Shown in pieces: positions 34,247-45,255 of a DNA stretch of 45,255 nt (position 1 is the first letter of the stretch; each line of letters begins with the position of its first letter). Source of the stretch: Octopus bimaculoides (lineage: Eukaryota); the NCBI RefSeq assembly GCF_001194135.2, contig NC_068983.1, positions 36,182,108 to 36,227,362 on the forward strand, in the 5' to 3' direction. The translations under genes were made by a program, and so were the position numbers. A model generated the notes under the pieces. The model worked only from the letters and a program-made list of their open reading frames with translations. It did not search any database and was not told the DNA's origin.

Positions 34247-35168
34247 TCTTCTCTAATATATAAAACAGAGATGTCTGTGTATTCGCTTTTCACGTGAAAT
34301 CGACTTCACCAAATGCTTCCATACTTGTGATGCATGAATAATTTGACCTCGGATAAATGATAGGCTCTTCATTTGATTTTTTTTCTATTAAAAATAAATA
34401 ATATTGCTTTATATTTATGATTCACTTCTTTAAAAAGGTTCCTCAATGTCAAATTCCGGTATTGACGTAACAACGACACACACACACACACACAACATAC
34501 ACGCGCACGCGTATACACACATGTGTCTTTGTAAATATGTTTGTATACATTTATGTATGTGTGTGTTTGTAAGAGACAGAGTGTGAGTGAGTCAAGGGGT
34601 CTGTTGTCATATGCATCCATCATTTTTGGATGTATGTGTGCGTGTGTATGTGTGTGAGACAGAGTGAGAGAGTAGTGTGTAAGTAGTATTTACTCTCTCT
34701 CTCTCTCTCATACACACGCACACACACACTCACACACAAAGATGTCTGCATATTTATGCATGTACGTATACATGACAACACACTTCTCTCTCTCATTATC
34801 TCTCTGTCACACACAGACACACACGTCCATTTCATCTGATGTGTGATACTCTGTGTGTGTGCGGGTGTGCGGGTGTGCGTGCGTGCGTGCGTGCGTGGTT
34901 CCACAATCGCCATTTATTTCAATTACTCTTCACGTAACTCATTTTTTTCATTTAATCCCCATTTTAATTTTCGTAAAAGTTTCCAAGTAACAATGAGGCT
35001 TTTTGGCGCATCTTCAATTTTCCCATTCATGAGAGGCGCCCAGACATCATTCATCTGAGAATACATCTACAGAATGTCCTCAAATTTCTATACAACATAT
35101 TTTGCTTTTTTTCTTCCATTATATAAGCAACAATTTCATTCCCGGGCAACGCCGGGTGCCTCTGCTAG
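34247..35168 (+). mobile_element. Non-autonomous Helitron
   Basis: Starts TC(TTCTCTAATATATAAAA) after an A and ends with the hairpin cccgggcaacgccggg plus CTAG before a T (A|T insertion, no TSD). Microsatellite-rich interior. Confidence 0.8.
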
Positions 35169-35559
35169 TTGTTTATAAAATATACTCTAAAATGGTAATT
35201 AAGTCAATTTAGTAATCTAGTACTCACAGACTCCTTTATTGGCTCATGAAATATTGGTTTCAAACTTTAGCACAAGAATAGCAATTTCGAGGGTTGGGTA
35301 GGTCGATTACATCGACCCCAGTGTTCAACTGGTACTTATTTTATCGATTCCGAAAGGATGAAATGCAAAGTCGACATCGGTGGCATTTTGGCTCATGAAA
35401 CATTATTTACACTACGATCGAATGTCTACAAAAATTCTAAGGTGTGTTTGTTGTTTTGTGTCTGTAAATTATACAGTAAAACGATAATTAGATGTAGTTT
35501 AATTTTTGTCACTGAAGTAAAATGATGATTTATTTGTAAAATTGATGAATGTAACATGT

Positions 35560-36110
35560 TTCTGCTGAGAAAAGCAATAAGGAGGAAGCAGTCGACAAAG
35601 CCAGCTTCTATATATAGAGAAGACCCGAAATGGCTCGAAAGCCATAACATGCTGACTGGGAAATAGCATCGCTAGGTGAGGCTGGCTGGCACTTAAACAG
35701 CGTTGCTGCTTGATAGGTGGGCCAAGGGAACCATCTCGTTCATTGCACGCCTTCCTCTGGGTGCTGGAACTGAAACTAACACGACTCTGTTGGAAGGTAG
35801 GTATAGAGAGGGCACAAGCCAAAACTATGCGCCCGTCCCGTCCATTGGTCAGTTGAAGCTTAGATTGTGTCACGTGACAGTTAGCTGGCGCTAGCTGCTG
35901 GAGCCTACCGGCGAGTATTTAAAGGGAAATTTGACAGGATGGTCATTTGCCTGCTGACATTCGTTGATGCTGCATCGAAGAAACCGAAGAATAAAAGGCC
36001 CGTCCCCCAAAGAAAACGCACTCAACACCAGAGCTGAAGACACTTCCAGAAGTTGGAGGACACCACGTCGAAAACGGTAGAGGAGTAGGGCCGAAACTGG
36101 ACGTGGTTCC
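35560..36110 (+). mobile_element. Possible Penelope-like element 3' remnant
   Basis: GC-richer island ending ..ctgaagacacttccagaagttggag..ggccgaaactggacgtgg, reminiscent of the PLE terminal CTGAAGA..CCGAAAC pattern. Protein similarity is weak. Confidence 0.33.
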
Positions 36111-36214
36111 TCCCAAAAGTGTCCTTAGCCACTAGATCCTACAAAGGAGCTGTTGATGTAGCAAACCATGAAACGTGGTCGGAATTCCTATTCCTGCTCG
36201 TAGTAGCTGTAGTC

Positions 36215-37110
36215 AATGGCATGCAACCACATGGTTTCAAGTTCGGTCCCGCTGCGCAGTATCTTGGACTAGTGTCTTCTACTATAGCTCCGAGTCGACT
36301 AATGCCTTGTGAGTAGATTTGGAAGACGGAAACTGTGTCTGTGTTTGTCCCCACCATCGCTTGATAATCAGTGTTGGTTTGTTTATGTCCTCTTAACTTA
36401 GCGTTTCGGCAAAGAAGTCCGATAAAATAAGTAAGTACTAGGCTTTAAAAAATGGGGTCGCATTGTTTGAGGGGATCTTTTTTAAAACGGGGGCAGCATT
36501 TTTCATTAATGTTTTACGTAGTGTTTTTGGTACCGAAAGACTTTCAAACTTCGTATACTTATCTATTTTGTGTTATAGAACAGAAAAATATTTTTGTATT
36601 TGAATTTATTTCATGTAAAAAATTGTCTTATTTCGATAATTTCAACCAATCACTGACGTCCATTCAGCCGATATACATTAAGTGCCGACTACATAAACAA
36701 ACGATTCTTCGTTTTATTTGCTTTTTTCATTTTAAATTTGCTTTAACCCTAACCCTAACCACAACTCTAACCCTAACCCTAACCCTAGGGTTAGGGTTAG
36801 GGTTAATTGTTTCAGAATCGTTTGTTTATGTAGTCGGCGCTTAATGTATATCGGCTGAATGGACGTCAGTGATTGGTTGAAATTACAGAAATACGACAAC
36901 TTTAACATGGAATAATTTATGGATTTCTTTTTTTTTAAAGAAGACTAAGAGAAAAAGATGTTTTATATGACACATTCTACCAGTGTTCCAAGTTTCAAAG
37001 TGTTTCGTTAATGAAAAATGTGGCCCCCGTTTTAAAAAAGATCCGTTTGAGGTGGTGCCTCAGCATGGTCGCAGTCCAATGACTGAAACAAGTAAAAGAT
37101 AAAAGATTCG
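36215..37110 (+). mobile_element. SINE family B copy split by the foldback element
   Basis: Family B head and body lie left of 36473, and the tail (cagcatggtcgcagtccaatgactgaaacaagtaaaagataaaag) lies right of 37044. Confidence 0.8.
36473..37044. mobile_element. Foldback/MITE DNA element (572 bp) with 8-bp TSD and a telomeric-repeat palindrome at the apex
   Basis: TSD GTTTGAGG at 36465-36472 and 37045-37052. Terminal IR 35/37. Inner IR 36637-36708 versus 36814-36885 is 71/72. Central (CCCTAA)n/(TTAGGG)n. Confidence 0.93.
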
Positions 37111-38269
37111 GAAATTTAATCTTTTCGTTTTTACCTTTTTCTTTGATTAAGATATTGAAAACAATTTCTAGGATAGGTGTAATATCATTAATTTCTGTCG
37201 TCATTGTTTACGTCATATATAGTCGGTTAATAAGTGACTTACGATGCTATTTGTTTAATTAATCATAATATTAATTAATTTACTCGAAGGAAAAAAAACA
37301 AACAAAACAATGCAATTTACAAAAGTGAACAGTTATAGATTGTTTCGATTTTTCGTTTCATTTCTTTGCTTGTAAATTTTCTATAGTAAAAGTTGTAATT
37401 TCATCAAAGCGTTATAAGACAAAATAAGCAAAGACGAGAGGAAATGAAAGCTACAATATATAGAAAAAAGTTTTAATTAGGTATGCACTAAGCAACGTTG
37501 AATGAAATATAGTTATGTAAGTCATATTTAATAGGTTCGTGTACATTAGAACATGGAAAAACAATACGCTACACGAGTTGTCTCGAGTGAAAAGAATTGT
37601 CCTTATAGACAATATGGATGTAAACACACCACTAAGCTATGAATGACGTCACTGGACCGTAAGACGCATACGTTTCCACATTTATCCGCTTCGCCAGCTA
37701 CGTATACCACTAAAAGCTGATCGCTGTTATATTAGAATAGCGAAGGGTACAGTTGTTGATGTGCGGAAAACTTTGTCAAGCTGACATAAATTAATTAGGA
37801 TCGCACAAAGTAGCGTTAAATGAAATATAATTATGTATAGTCATACTTAATACGTATGTGCACACTCGTACATATAATTTTACCGTAAAAATACTATACT
37901 TTCATGTTTAGAGTATTTGAAAGTTAAAAACATATTCAAAAGTGAGTAACTTCATTTTTATGCCCCCCTCTTCCCACGTATTTCTCTAGTTTTAATTGAT
38001 CTTCTTCAAGTAATTTTTCTTGTCATAACTCAAGCCAGTCATGGGAATTATAACATTATTCCTTCTTCAAAAATTTCAATCTGGATGCCTCAGCGAGAAG
38101 AGAGAGGGACAGAGAATTTGGCAAAAATACATAAAGACGGCTTTTTTTTCCTAATTGACAGCGTTAAGATAGCAGACTCAAAGTAGTAGAAAGTAGAAAA
38201 TCGTAATATATTTTTGGCATGAATCGGTGAATACTGATAATAAAGATAAATTATCTTCATAGCACCACC

Positions 38270-38473
38270 ATGACCACTATCACCGCCATTATTATCACTT
38301 CCTTTATCAATATCACAATTGCCATCACCACTACATCACTATACCACCACCGTTTCCACCATTACGATCATCAACACGATAGCCATAACTGCAACTACCA
38401 CCACCACCACCACCACTATCGCCATGACCACCATCGCCATCACAACGACGACGACGACGACCACCACCACCAT

Positions 38474-38518
<45 letters not shown>

Positions 38519-38557
38519 AACAACTACTACTACTACTNNNNNNNNNNTACTACAACA

Positions 38558-38616
<59 letters not shown>

Positions 38617-38620
38617 CAAG
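38270..38620. repeat. Compound (CAC)/(GAC)/(TAC)n trinucleotide microsatellite with a 10-N gap
   Basis: Directly visible. Confidence 0.93.
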
Positions 38621-40094
38621 ATCACCGTTGCCATTAAGCCTTCTACCACCATTACCAACCAACACTACATTTTCTTCCAGTTCTTATTCAATTATTCATC
38701 TAGCATATCGCCTGTTTGCTCCACAATTACTGGCCTTAATATTTATCATTTTATTGGTACTATTTATCATTTTATTGTTATCGTTTCAATATTAATATAA
38801 CTATTATTGTTTCTGTACTGAGATTTCATGAGCTTATGGCGGACTGGTTTCTTGCGATCACAAACTGAAAACATTGAAAATCTTAGTAGTAATTCGTAAC
38901 ATACATACATACATACATACATACATACATACATGCACGCATACATATATGCAAATATATATGCGTGGGTGTTCCCAATCACATGGTTTCGGGATCAGTC
39001 CCACTGTGTGACACCTTGGGAAAGTGTCTTCTCTGGGCAACGAAAACCTTGTGAGTGGATTTGTTTGGCTGCAGCTGTGGAAATATCTAAGTTTATAAAA
39101 GATTTTAAAATTTGGTGTATTTATGTAGTTTTCCAAGCTGAATCTCAGGAGATATATCGCTTTTTCCAGAACATAAAAAAAAAATTAAAAAAAAATATAG
39201 AGATTTGAAGTTTGATAATTTTCAACCAGTCAGAAAACAGGACTCGGAAGCTGTCATTTTGTGCGTGAAGTATTTTAATACGAAACTAAATATATCAACT
39301 TCTGCTTTACGCATGACATATAACTCCTCATAACTTTTTTTTATTTTTGTATTCTACACTCGGGATTCATACGATTATGCAAAGAAAAAAAAAGTGTGGG
39401 GTGCGTGATTTAAGGCATATTTGGCCGTTATTTTTAGCACGTCTCTCGACCAGGATACAAGCAACAGATGGGGACAAGTAGTAGAACATAGCGTTGACGC
39501 ACATGCTTTCGCGTAGAATATATTTGACAAAACGTGTTATCTCGCAGACAAAAGTTCTCATGTTTGGCTTGTTACTATGGAAACAGGCATGATTGTGTCT
39601 GTGGCTTACGATTAGCCAAAATTACCCAAAATTTGCAAACTTTAAAAGCTAACAACTCTTTATTTATTGATTTATGGAGAAAATGAATTTCATGGCTAGA
39701 ATTAGAATATAAAACTACATCATTACACCGAATATGAAATCAATTCGAACAAACTGAAGAGACTGGAAATTGACAGCCAAACAGAAAAGATCCCGTCTTC
39801 ATTTGAAAGTTTTCTGTAGAAAACTTTTAAATAAAGAAGTTTTTGGATGTGAATAAAGTCTCCACCCTCCTCTTCGTTATCAACGTTATTAAATACTCTA
39901 CGGAATATTTGCAGTTCTGAACAGGAACACGGAATTACCCAACGAGTCGAAACACCGGTATTTTCTTTCTCTTTCTTTCACTTATTAGTTTCAGCGCAAG
40001 AGCTGTGGCCATGCTGGGGTAGCGCCATTACCATTGCTACACTTTCACTATTTGAAACTTCCTCTGAAATATTGCATTTGATAACTGAAGGAAT

Positions 40095-40470
40095 TTGATG
40101 CCGCTGCCCTCATCTATGTTTCCTGAGGTAGGCTCATCTAGAACTCTTGGCAGGAATAGATCCAGTTTTGCTTTGAAGACACCTACATCCACCCCGTGTA
40201 GGTCACTCGGGCTTTTTGGGAGGATATTGAAAAGCTGTGGGCCCTTGAAACCCAAACTGTTGCAGTATCTGATTCTGTATCCTGATGACAATGTTGGGAT
40301 CTTTGGCATTATTCAGTGGCGCCCTATTCTGCTGTTTGAGTAACTTTCGATGCCAAAGTTTGGCACAAGTTTTTCTAGGACTTTCCAGATGTATATCACT
40401 GCATATCTTTCCCGGAGGCGGGAAAGCTATGCAGTATCTAAAAGTCTCTTAAATCATAGTATCAAGCATG
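40095..40470 (-). mobile_element. CR1/L2-group LINE 3' fragment
   Basis: The minus strand reads LSRLRERYAVIYIWKVLEKLVPNFGI..RIGRH*IMPKIP..YCNSLGFKGPQLFNILPK..VDVGVFKAKLDLFL..DEP, the typical C-terminus RRRERY..IY.WK..GP.LFN.LP..FK..LD.FL. Confidence 0.82.
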
Positions 40471-41199
40471 TTGTTAACACAGGTTGTCTGAAAGGAGGTT
40501 ATTCTTTGATAGCGAATAAAACAGCATTCGAATTTGTTAGAACATGTTAAGAATGAACACGTACGTTATCATTTGTATTTAAAGAATGAAAAGAAGCTAA
40601 GACAGCAATGGTATAAAAGTGAATTGAAAGAACAATTATCTTTTATGAAGAACATGCATAAATTTAGTGGTAATGTGATTGGTCTACATAGAAATGATGT
40701 TAATTTTGCTTGTGCGCACGTTTTCCAATTGGGCTTTACGGTTAATAAATGGGGAACAGCATTGGTATGGCGGACTTTATAAATCAGAGATTGGTCGGGC
40801 GGGATGTTATCATTGAGACCATAGATACAAATACATACACATACAGTGATATACTGAAATTGCTAATTCAGCGACATCAGTTTAAATAAAAAACTGAAGA
40901 TCTGTTTTAATTTGTTTTTAAATATGTTTTAATTTTCGCATACAGTCTCTTTTTATTTGCATCATTTTACAAACAATACAGTAACAGCAAATGTGGAGGA
41001 AAACAGGAAAAACGTCAATAATCAAAATAAAAGAAACTGGTGTCGCTTAAGGGTACTGGTTGTTTGTTGTGCCGTGGCTGAGAGTTGATGAATGAAAATA
41101 TGTTTCTTGGCTGCGTGGTGAAATAACTTAACAAAACCCGCGAACATTTAACAGAAGATTTTAGCATGATACATAATGACAATCTGCGTTGACTTTTAC

Positions 41200-41560
41200 T
41201 GATAACAGACTGGGAGAGAGATATTACGCTGAGATTAGAAAGCTATTGATACGGTAACATGCAATTAGTCCAGCATATCTGAAATCAACTGAGGTATCTT
41301 CATGGCAACGAAGGTTCTGGGTCATCTGTCCTAAGCCGTCAGGTTGGCCGTCTGCATTGGCCATCTGCCTGGCAACTCATGTTACTCGGATGCCTCAACA
41401 TTCTACAGAGTTTAGGCGCCAAAGCGACTTTTTATAGGATGCAAGGTGAAGATTCTAAAAGATTATATTGCACCACGGCTTGGCGCTGGTTGGTTGTTTA
41501 CTAGACCGATTATGTGAAACTACTGTGGTTCGGTTGCGATACCTGACCGCGTATCCAGGA
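41200..41560 (+). mobile_element. Possible degraded RTE-like LINE remnant
   Basis: RLHW../.HVTRMP motifs across a frameshift. Weak evidence. Confidence 0.3.
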
Positions 41561-41706
41561 ATACGGTTTCGAATCATCGCTACACTGGTATTATTTTATG
41601 AGGCAATCCAACTCACTCACGTCATTGCTATTAATTGTTTTGGAAAACAACTCGACTTTAAAGCAACCTTAAAATCTACTCTGAAAATAAAACATTAAAC
41701 GTATAC

Positions 41707-41823
41707 CAGGCATGTGCAACCTTTCTCGAGAAGCGGGTCACACTCGTAAAAAAGAATTCAAGGTAATTCTTCCTTAGCCGTACTGTTCAGAAAGTCCTGC
41801 GAGTTACAGTTTGCCCATGACTG
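41707..41823. mobile_element. Tiny hAT MITE (117 bp)
   Basis: CAGGCATGTGCAAC / GTTTGCCCATGACTG termini, with flanks acgtatac / agttatac (6/8 degenerate TSD). Confidence 0.6.
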
Positions 41824-41875
41824 AGTTATACTGTTAAAATAGTTATATACTGTTAAACTATCGCGGAAAAATTGT

Positions 41876-42186
41876 GAAGGCGCGTGGCTTAGTGGTTAGG
41901 GTATTCGGCTGACGCTCGTAAAGTCGTGAGTTAAATTCTGGCGACGCGTTGCGTCCTCGAGCAAGACACTTTATTTCACATTGCTCCAGTCCACTCGGCT
42001 GGCAAAAATAGGTTGTACCTGTATTTCAAAGAGCTAGCGTTGTCACACTCTGAATCTCCCGGAGAACTACGTTAAGGGTACACGTGTATGTGGAGTGCTC
42101 AGCCACTTGCACGTTAATTTCACGAGCAAGCTGTTCCGTTGATCGTATCAGCTGGGACCCTCGTCATCGTAACCAAGGGAGTGCTC
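41876..42186 (+). mobile_element. SINE family C, full-length
   Basis: A box TGGCTTAGTGG, B-box-like GAGTTAAATTC, family core, and a CT-repeat tail. Confidence 0.87.
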
Positions 42187-42824
42187 TCTCTCTCTTTTTT
42201 ATTTTGGAAAATAATGCAAGAAAGGAAAATTTCAGNNNNNNNNNNNNNNNNNNNNNNNNNNNNNNNNNNNNNNNNNNNNNNNNNNNNNNNNNNNNNNNNN
42301 NNNNNNNNNNNNNNNNNNNNNNNNNNNNNNNNNNNNNNNNNNNNNNNNNNNNNNNNNNNNNNNNNNNNNNNNNNNNNNNNNNNNNNNNNNNNNNNNNNNN
42401 NNNNNNNNNNNNNNNNNNNNNNNNNNNNNNNNNNNNNNNNNNNNNNNNNNNNNNNNNNNNNNNNNNNNNNNNNNNNNNNNNNNNNNNNNNNNNNNNNNNN
42501 NNNNNNNNNNNNNNNNNNNNNNNNNNNNNNNNNNNNNNNNNNNNNNNNNNNNNNNNNNNNNNNNNNNNNNNNNNNNNNNNNNNNNNNNNNNNNNNNNNNN
42601 NNNNNNNNNNNNNNNNNNNNNNNNNNNNNNNNNNNNNNNNNNNNNNNNNNNNNNNNNNNNNNNNNNNNNNNNNCAGAAAATTCGTTGACTTTTTGCCATA
42701 CAGAGCAGAATTATGTTCTCATAAGATTTATCATAATATGTCTCTTCTAGTACTTTATTATTAGAGCTATTACGGGTAGCAGGGTACCATATTAAATACA
42801 TACCATACTATGATACAATGCGCT

Positions 42825-43025
42825 AAGGTGGCGAGCTGACAGAATTGTTAGCACGTTGAACGAAATGCTTAGCTCGTCGCTACGTTATGAGTTCAAATTC
42901 CGCCGAGGTCGACTTTACCTCTCATCCTTTCGGGGTTGATAAATCAAGCACCGGTCGAGTACTGGGTTGATGTAATCGACTATTCCCTCCTTCAAATTTC
43001 AGGTCTTGTGCCTATAATAGAAAGG
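42825..43025 (+). mobile_element. SINE family A, full-length
   Basis: taaggtggcgagctgacagaa..gagttcaaattccgccgaggtcgac..cttgtgcctataatagaaagg. Confidence 0.88.
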
Positions 43026-44226
43026 ATCGTGATACAATGCGCTGTGAGGTGTGCAGTGTTATTTCCGGGCACCCGCCACCAAATTTCAAGCTGGGGTATA
43101 ACAAAAGCTTTCCATTTATGATTTGTGATTAAATCAATGAGTAAGGGTAATATTCATAATGAACTAGACTACTCGCGATCCGTTGGGTCAGCGGGAAAGT
43201 CTGAGTTTTCCAGCAACGGAGTTTTGTTTCGTGTTTTTTTTCCCCCAGGTTAGAATAATTATAATTTAGTTTTTATCAAATTTCTTGTTGCCTATACAAA
43301 AATGATGAAATGAATATCAACTTTCAAATGAAAAAATTCTACCTTAAAGTATAGTTAAATAAAACAAATTTCTCATTTGTATATTTGCCATAAATGTATG
43401 TTAGTCTTCTAATTTTTTTCAACATAATCGCACTCTACTCTATCGAGGACGTATCTCCGAAAGTTTTGATCTCTCATGACCACTGTCATTTCCTCTTCCT
43501 CCTCAAGCAGAAAATGTAACACGAAAGTTTGAAGAAAAAAAGCAAAATGAGGAAACATAGCCGGCTCGTGTGAATTTTCTGAAACTCCTCTCCACACCAT
43601 CGGAAAAAAATTTCCCCAACAAATTCCGATATAATCGGAATCTTCACAATCTGAAACATATTTGTAGGAAATTTCATTAAAAAAAATCCATTTTGCTGAA
43701 AGTTACGAGGAAACAAAGTCGTGGAGTGGAGTACACTTATGAGCACCGGGCAAGCTATGGTCGCTTACCCGGGGCCCACAAGAGTCTAGGGACTTAATGC
43801 AAATGTATGTTGCAATTGTATTTGTAGGGTTCTCAGGACATTGCTTTGTTCGGGAGCTTATAGTGTTGTTGAGGCGGTCCTAGTTACTGTTTAGGATCTT
43901 TTCTAATTTCTTCCAACCACCTGCAGTATTTCAAATTTCCACCTCATTATTTATTTTTTTTAAATGTAGTTTTGCATACCGATAACGAACATCGCATTCA
44001 TTCCCCCCACCCCTGGAAATTAATAAGCAAGTTGCATCAGTAAAAAGTTTGAAAGAACCTGGTGAAAATTTGAAATACTTTAAGTGGTTGGAAGAAATTC
44101 CACAAGATCTACTGTTAAGTGAACGATCGACCTGTAAGGAATAACAGCCAAATACCCCGCCAGTTACACTACCGTTTATAAAAGACACATTGGATATGTA
44201 ATCCCGCGATATACTGTGGCAGAAAC

Positions 44227-44649
44227 CAGGGCTGGATTAAGACCCATCGAGGTCCTAAGCACTTAAAAAGATTTTAGTGTCCCCATAAAAAGATTATGTA
44301 ATTCAAAATATAAACAATAACAAACAATAAAATAATTTTTTTATTTTTTGAAATGAAACAAAACAGTAAGAGGGAAAATAATGTTTATTTTTGTATACTT
44401 TGTTTATATTTGAAAAGTTTCCTCCTACTTTTTTGAATTGCAAAGTCTTTGATCAGATCCTCAAAATTAATCTTAGGCAACACATCTGCATCTATACTTA
44501 GTAGAGATAAAGGCATCCCGAATATTATTTTAGCAAGTTTAAAGTGATTTCTGTTGTGCCGTAAACCATTTACCATTTCTGTGGTGCCCCCTCCCTCCCT
44601 TGATTCCCAAAGCACGTGCTTATTTTGCTTAATGATTAATCCAGCTCTG
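44227..44649 (-). mobile_element. hAT deletion derivative (423 bp) retaining the transposase C-terminus
   Basis: TIRs CAGGGCTGGATTAA / TTAATCCAGCTCTG (13/14). Perfect TSD GCAGAAAC at 44219-44226 and 44650-44657. Minus-strand LSLLSIDADVLPKINFEDLIKDFAIQKSRRKLF, typical of hAT C-termini. Confidence 0.9.
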
Positions 44650-45009
44650 GCAGAAACTGGCGGGAAGGTCGTGGTTGAATCGAAAGGGTTTTATCAGCGG
44701 TCTACTCGACAGAGCAGATCTTAAGCTAAATAACAAGGTCGTTGACGCCGCTGCCGATGGTAACAATAACTAGAACAACATCAGCTGTTTGTGATATCAG
44801 CCTCCCTCATGTTAAAAATATCAAATAGTTCACTTAAGTTGTTTGACCCAGAATTATTTCGACTTAGATTAAAATTTTCCAGTCTAGTAACTTTACCTTT
44901 AACTGCGTCTGCTTACGTCTACATTACGTGTTTAGTGTGTGTGTATGTGTTTATGTGTACATGCACGCGTGCGCGTGTATATCTGTGCGAGCGTGTATAT
45001 ATATATATT

Positions 45010-45255
45010 CTTTTATTCTTTTGTTTCAGTCATTTGACAGCAGCCATGCTGGAGCACCGCCTTTAGTCGAGCAAATCGACCCCAGGACTTATTCCTTGTA
45101 AGCCTATTGGTTTCTTTTACCAGTATCGGTTGTTAAGCGACGTTGCGTGGGGGACAAACACAGACAGACAGACACACACACACACATGGCAGGCTTCTTT
45201 CAGTTTCCGTCTACCAAATCCACTCACAAGACCTTGGTCGGCCCGAGACTATATA
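45010..45255 (-). mobile_element. SINE family B copy running off the window
   Basis: Reverse-complement match to 7616-8077. Confidence 0.85.

Noticed and set aside
39200-39780. RFX X-box-like GTTACTATGGAAAC (39571-39584) in a transposon-like tract; similar unclassified tract at 43140-43740
   Set aside because: No nearby gene start, and no clear TIR or TSD pair could be established.

Overview
AT-rich, repeat-dense eukaryotic draft-assembly DNA, with 10-N and sized gaps. The tRNA-derived SINEs and the (ATGT)n/(AAT)n microsatellite load suggest an octopus genome (inference). One intact protein-coding gene can be assembled by hand, and the ORF track does not call it as a gene: a 5-exon MYDGF (myeloid-derived growth factor / C19orf10) orthologue on the + strand. 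Its CDS is 2330-2467, 9811-9861, 12710-12847, 13304-13361 and 16147-16232 (471 nt, 156 aa), with a signal peptide, a C-terminal KKEL ER-retrieval motif and an ERSE-like promoter element. Almost everything else is mobile DNA: several SINE families, R4/Dong-like, HERO-like, RTE and CR1/L2-group LINE remnants, two mariners, hAT elements with 8-bp TSDs, a Helitron, a foldback element with a telomeric-repeat palindrome at its apex, and a 66-bp minisatellite with higher-order structure. No rRNA, true tRNA gene or CRISPR array was found. Nearly all ORF-track calls are microsatellite or N-gap artefacts. Family names and comparisons to other species come from recalled consensus motifs, not database searches. 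TE boundaries are approximate unless a TSD or TIR is quoted.
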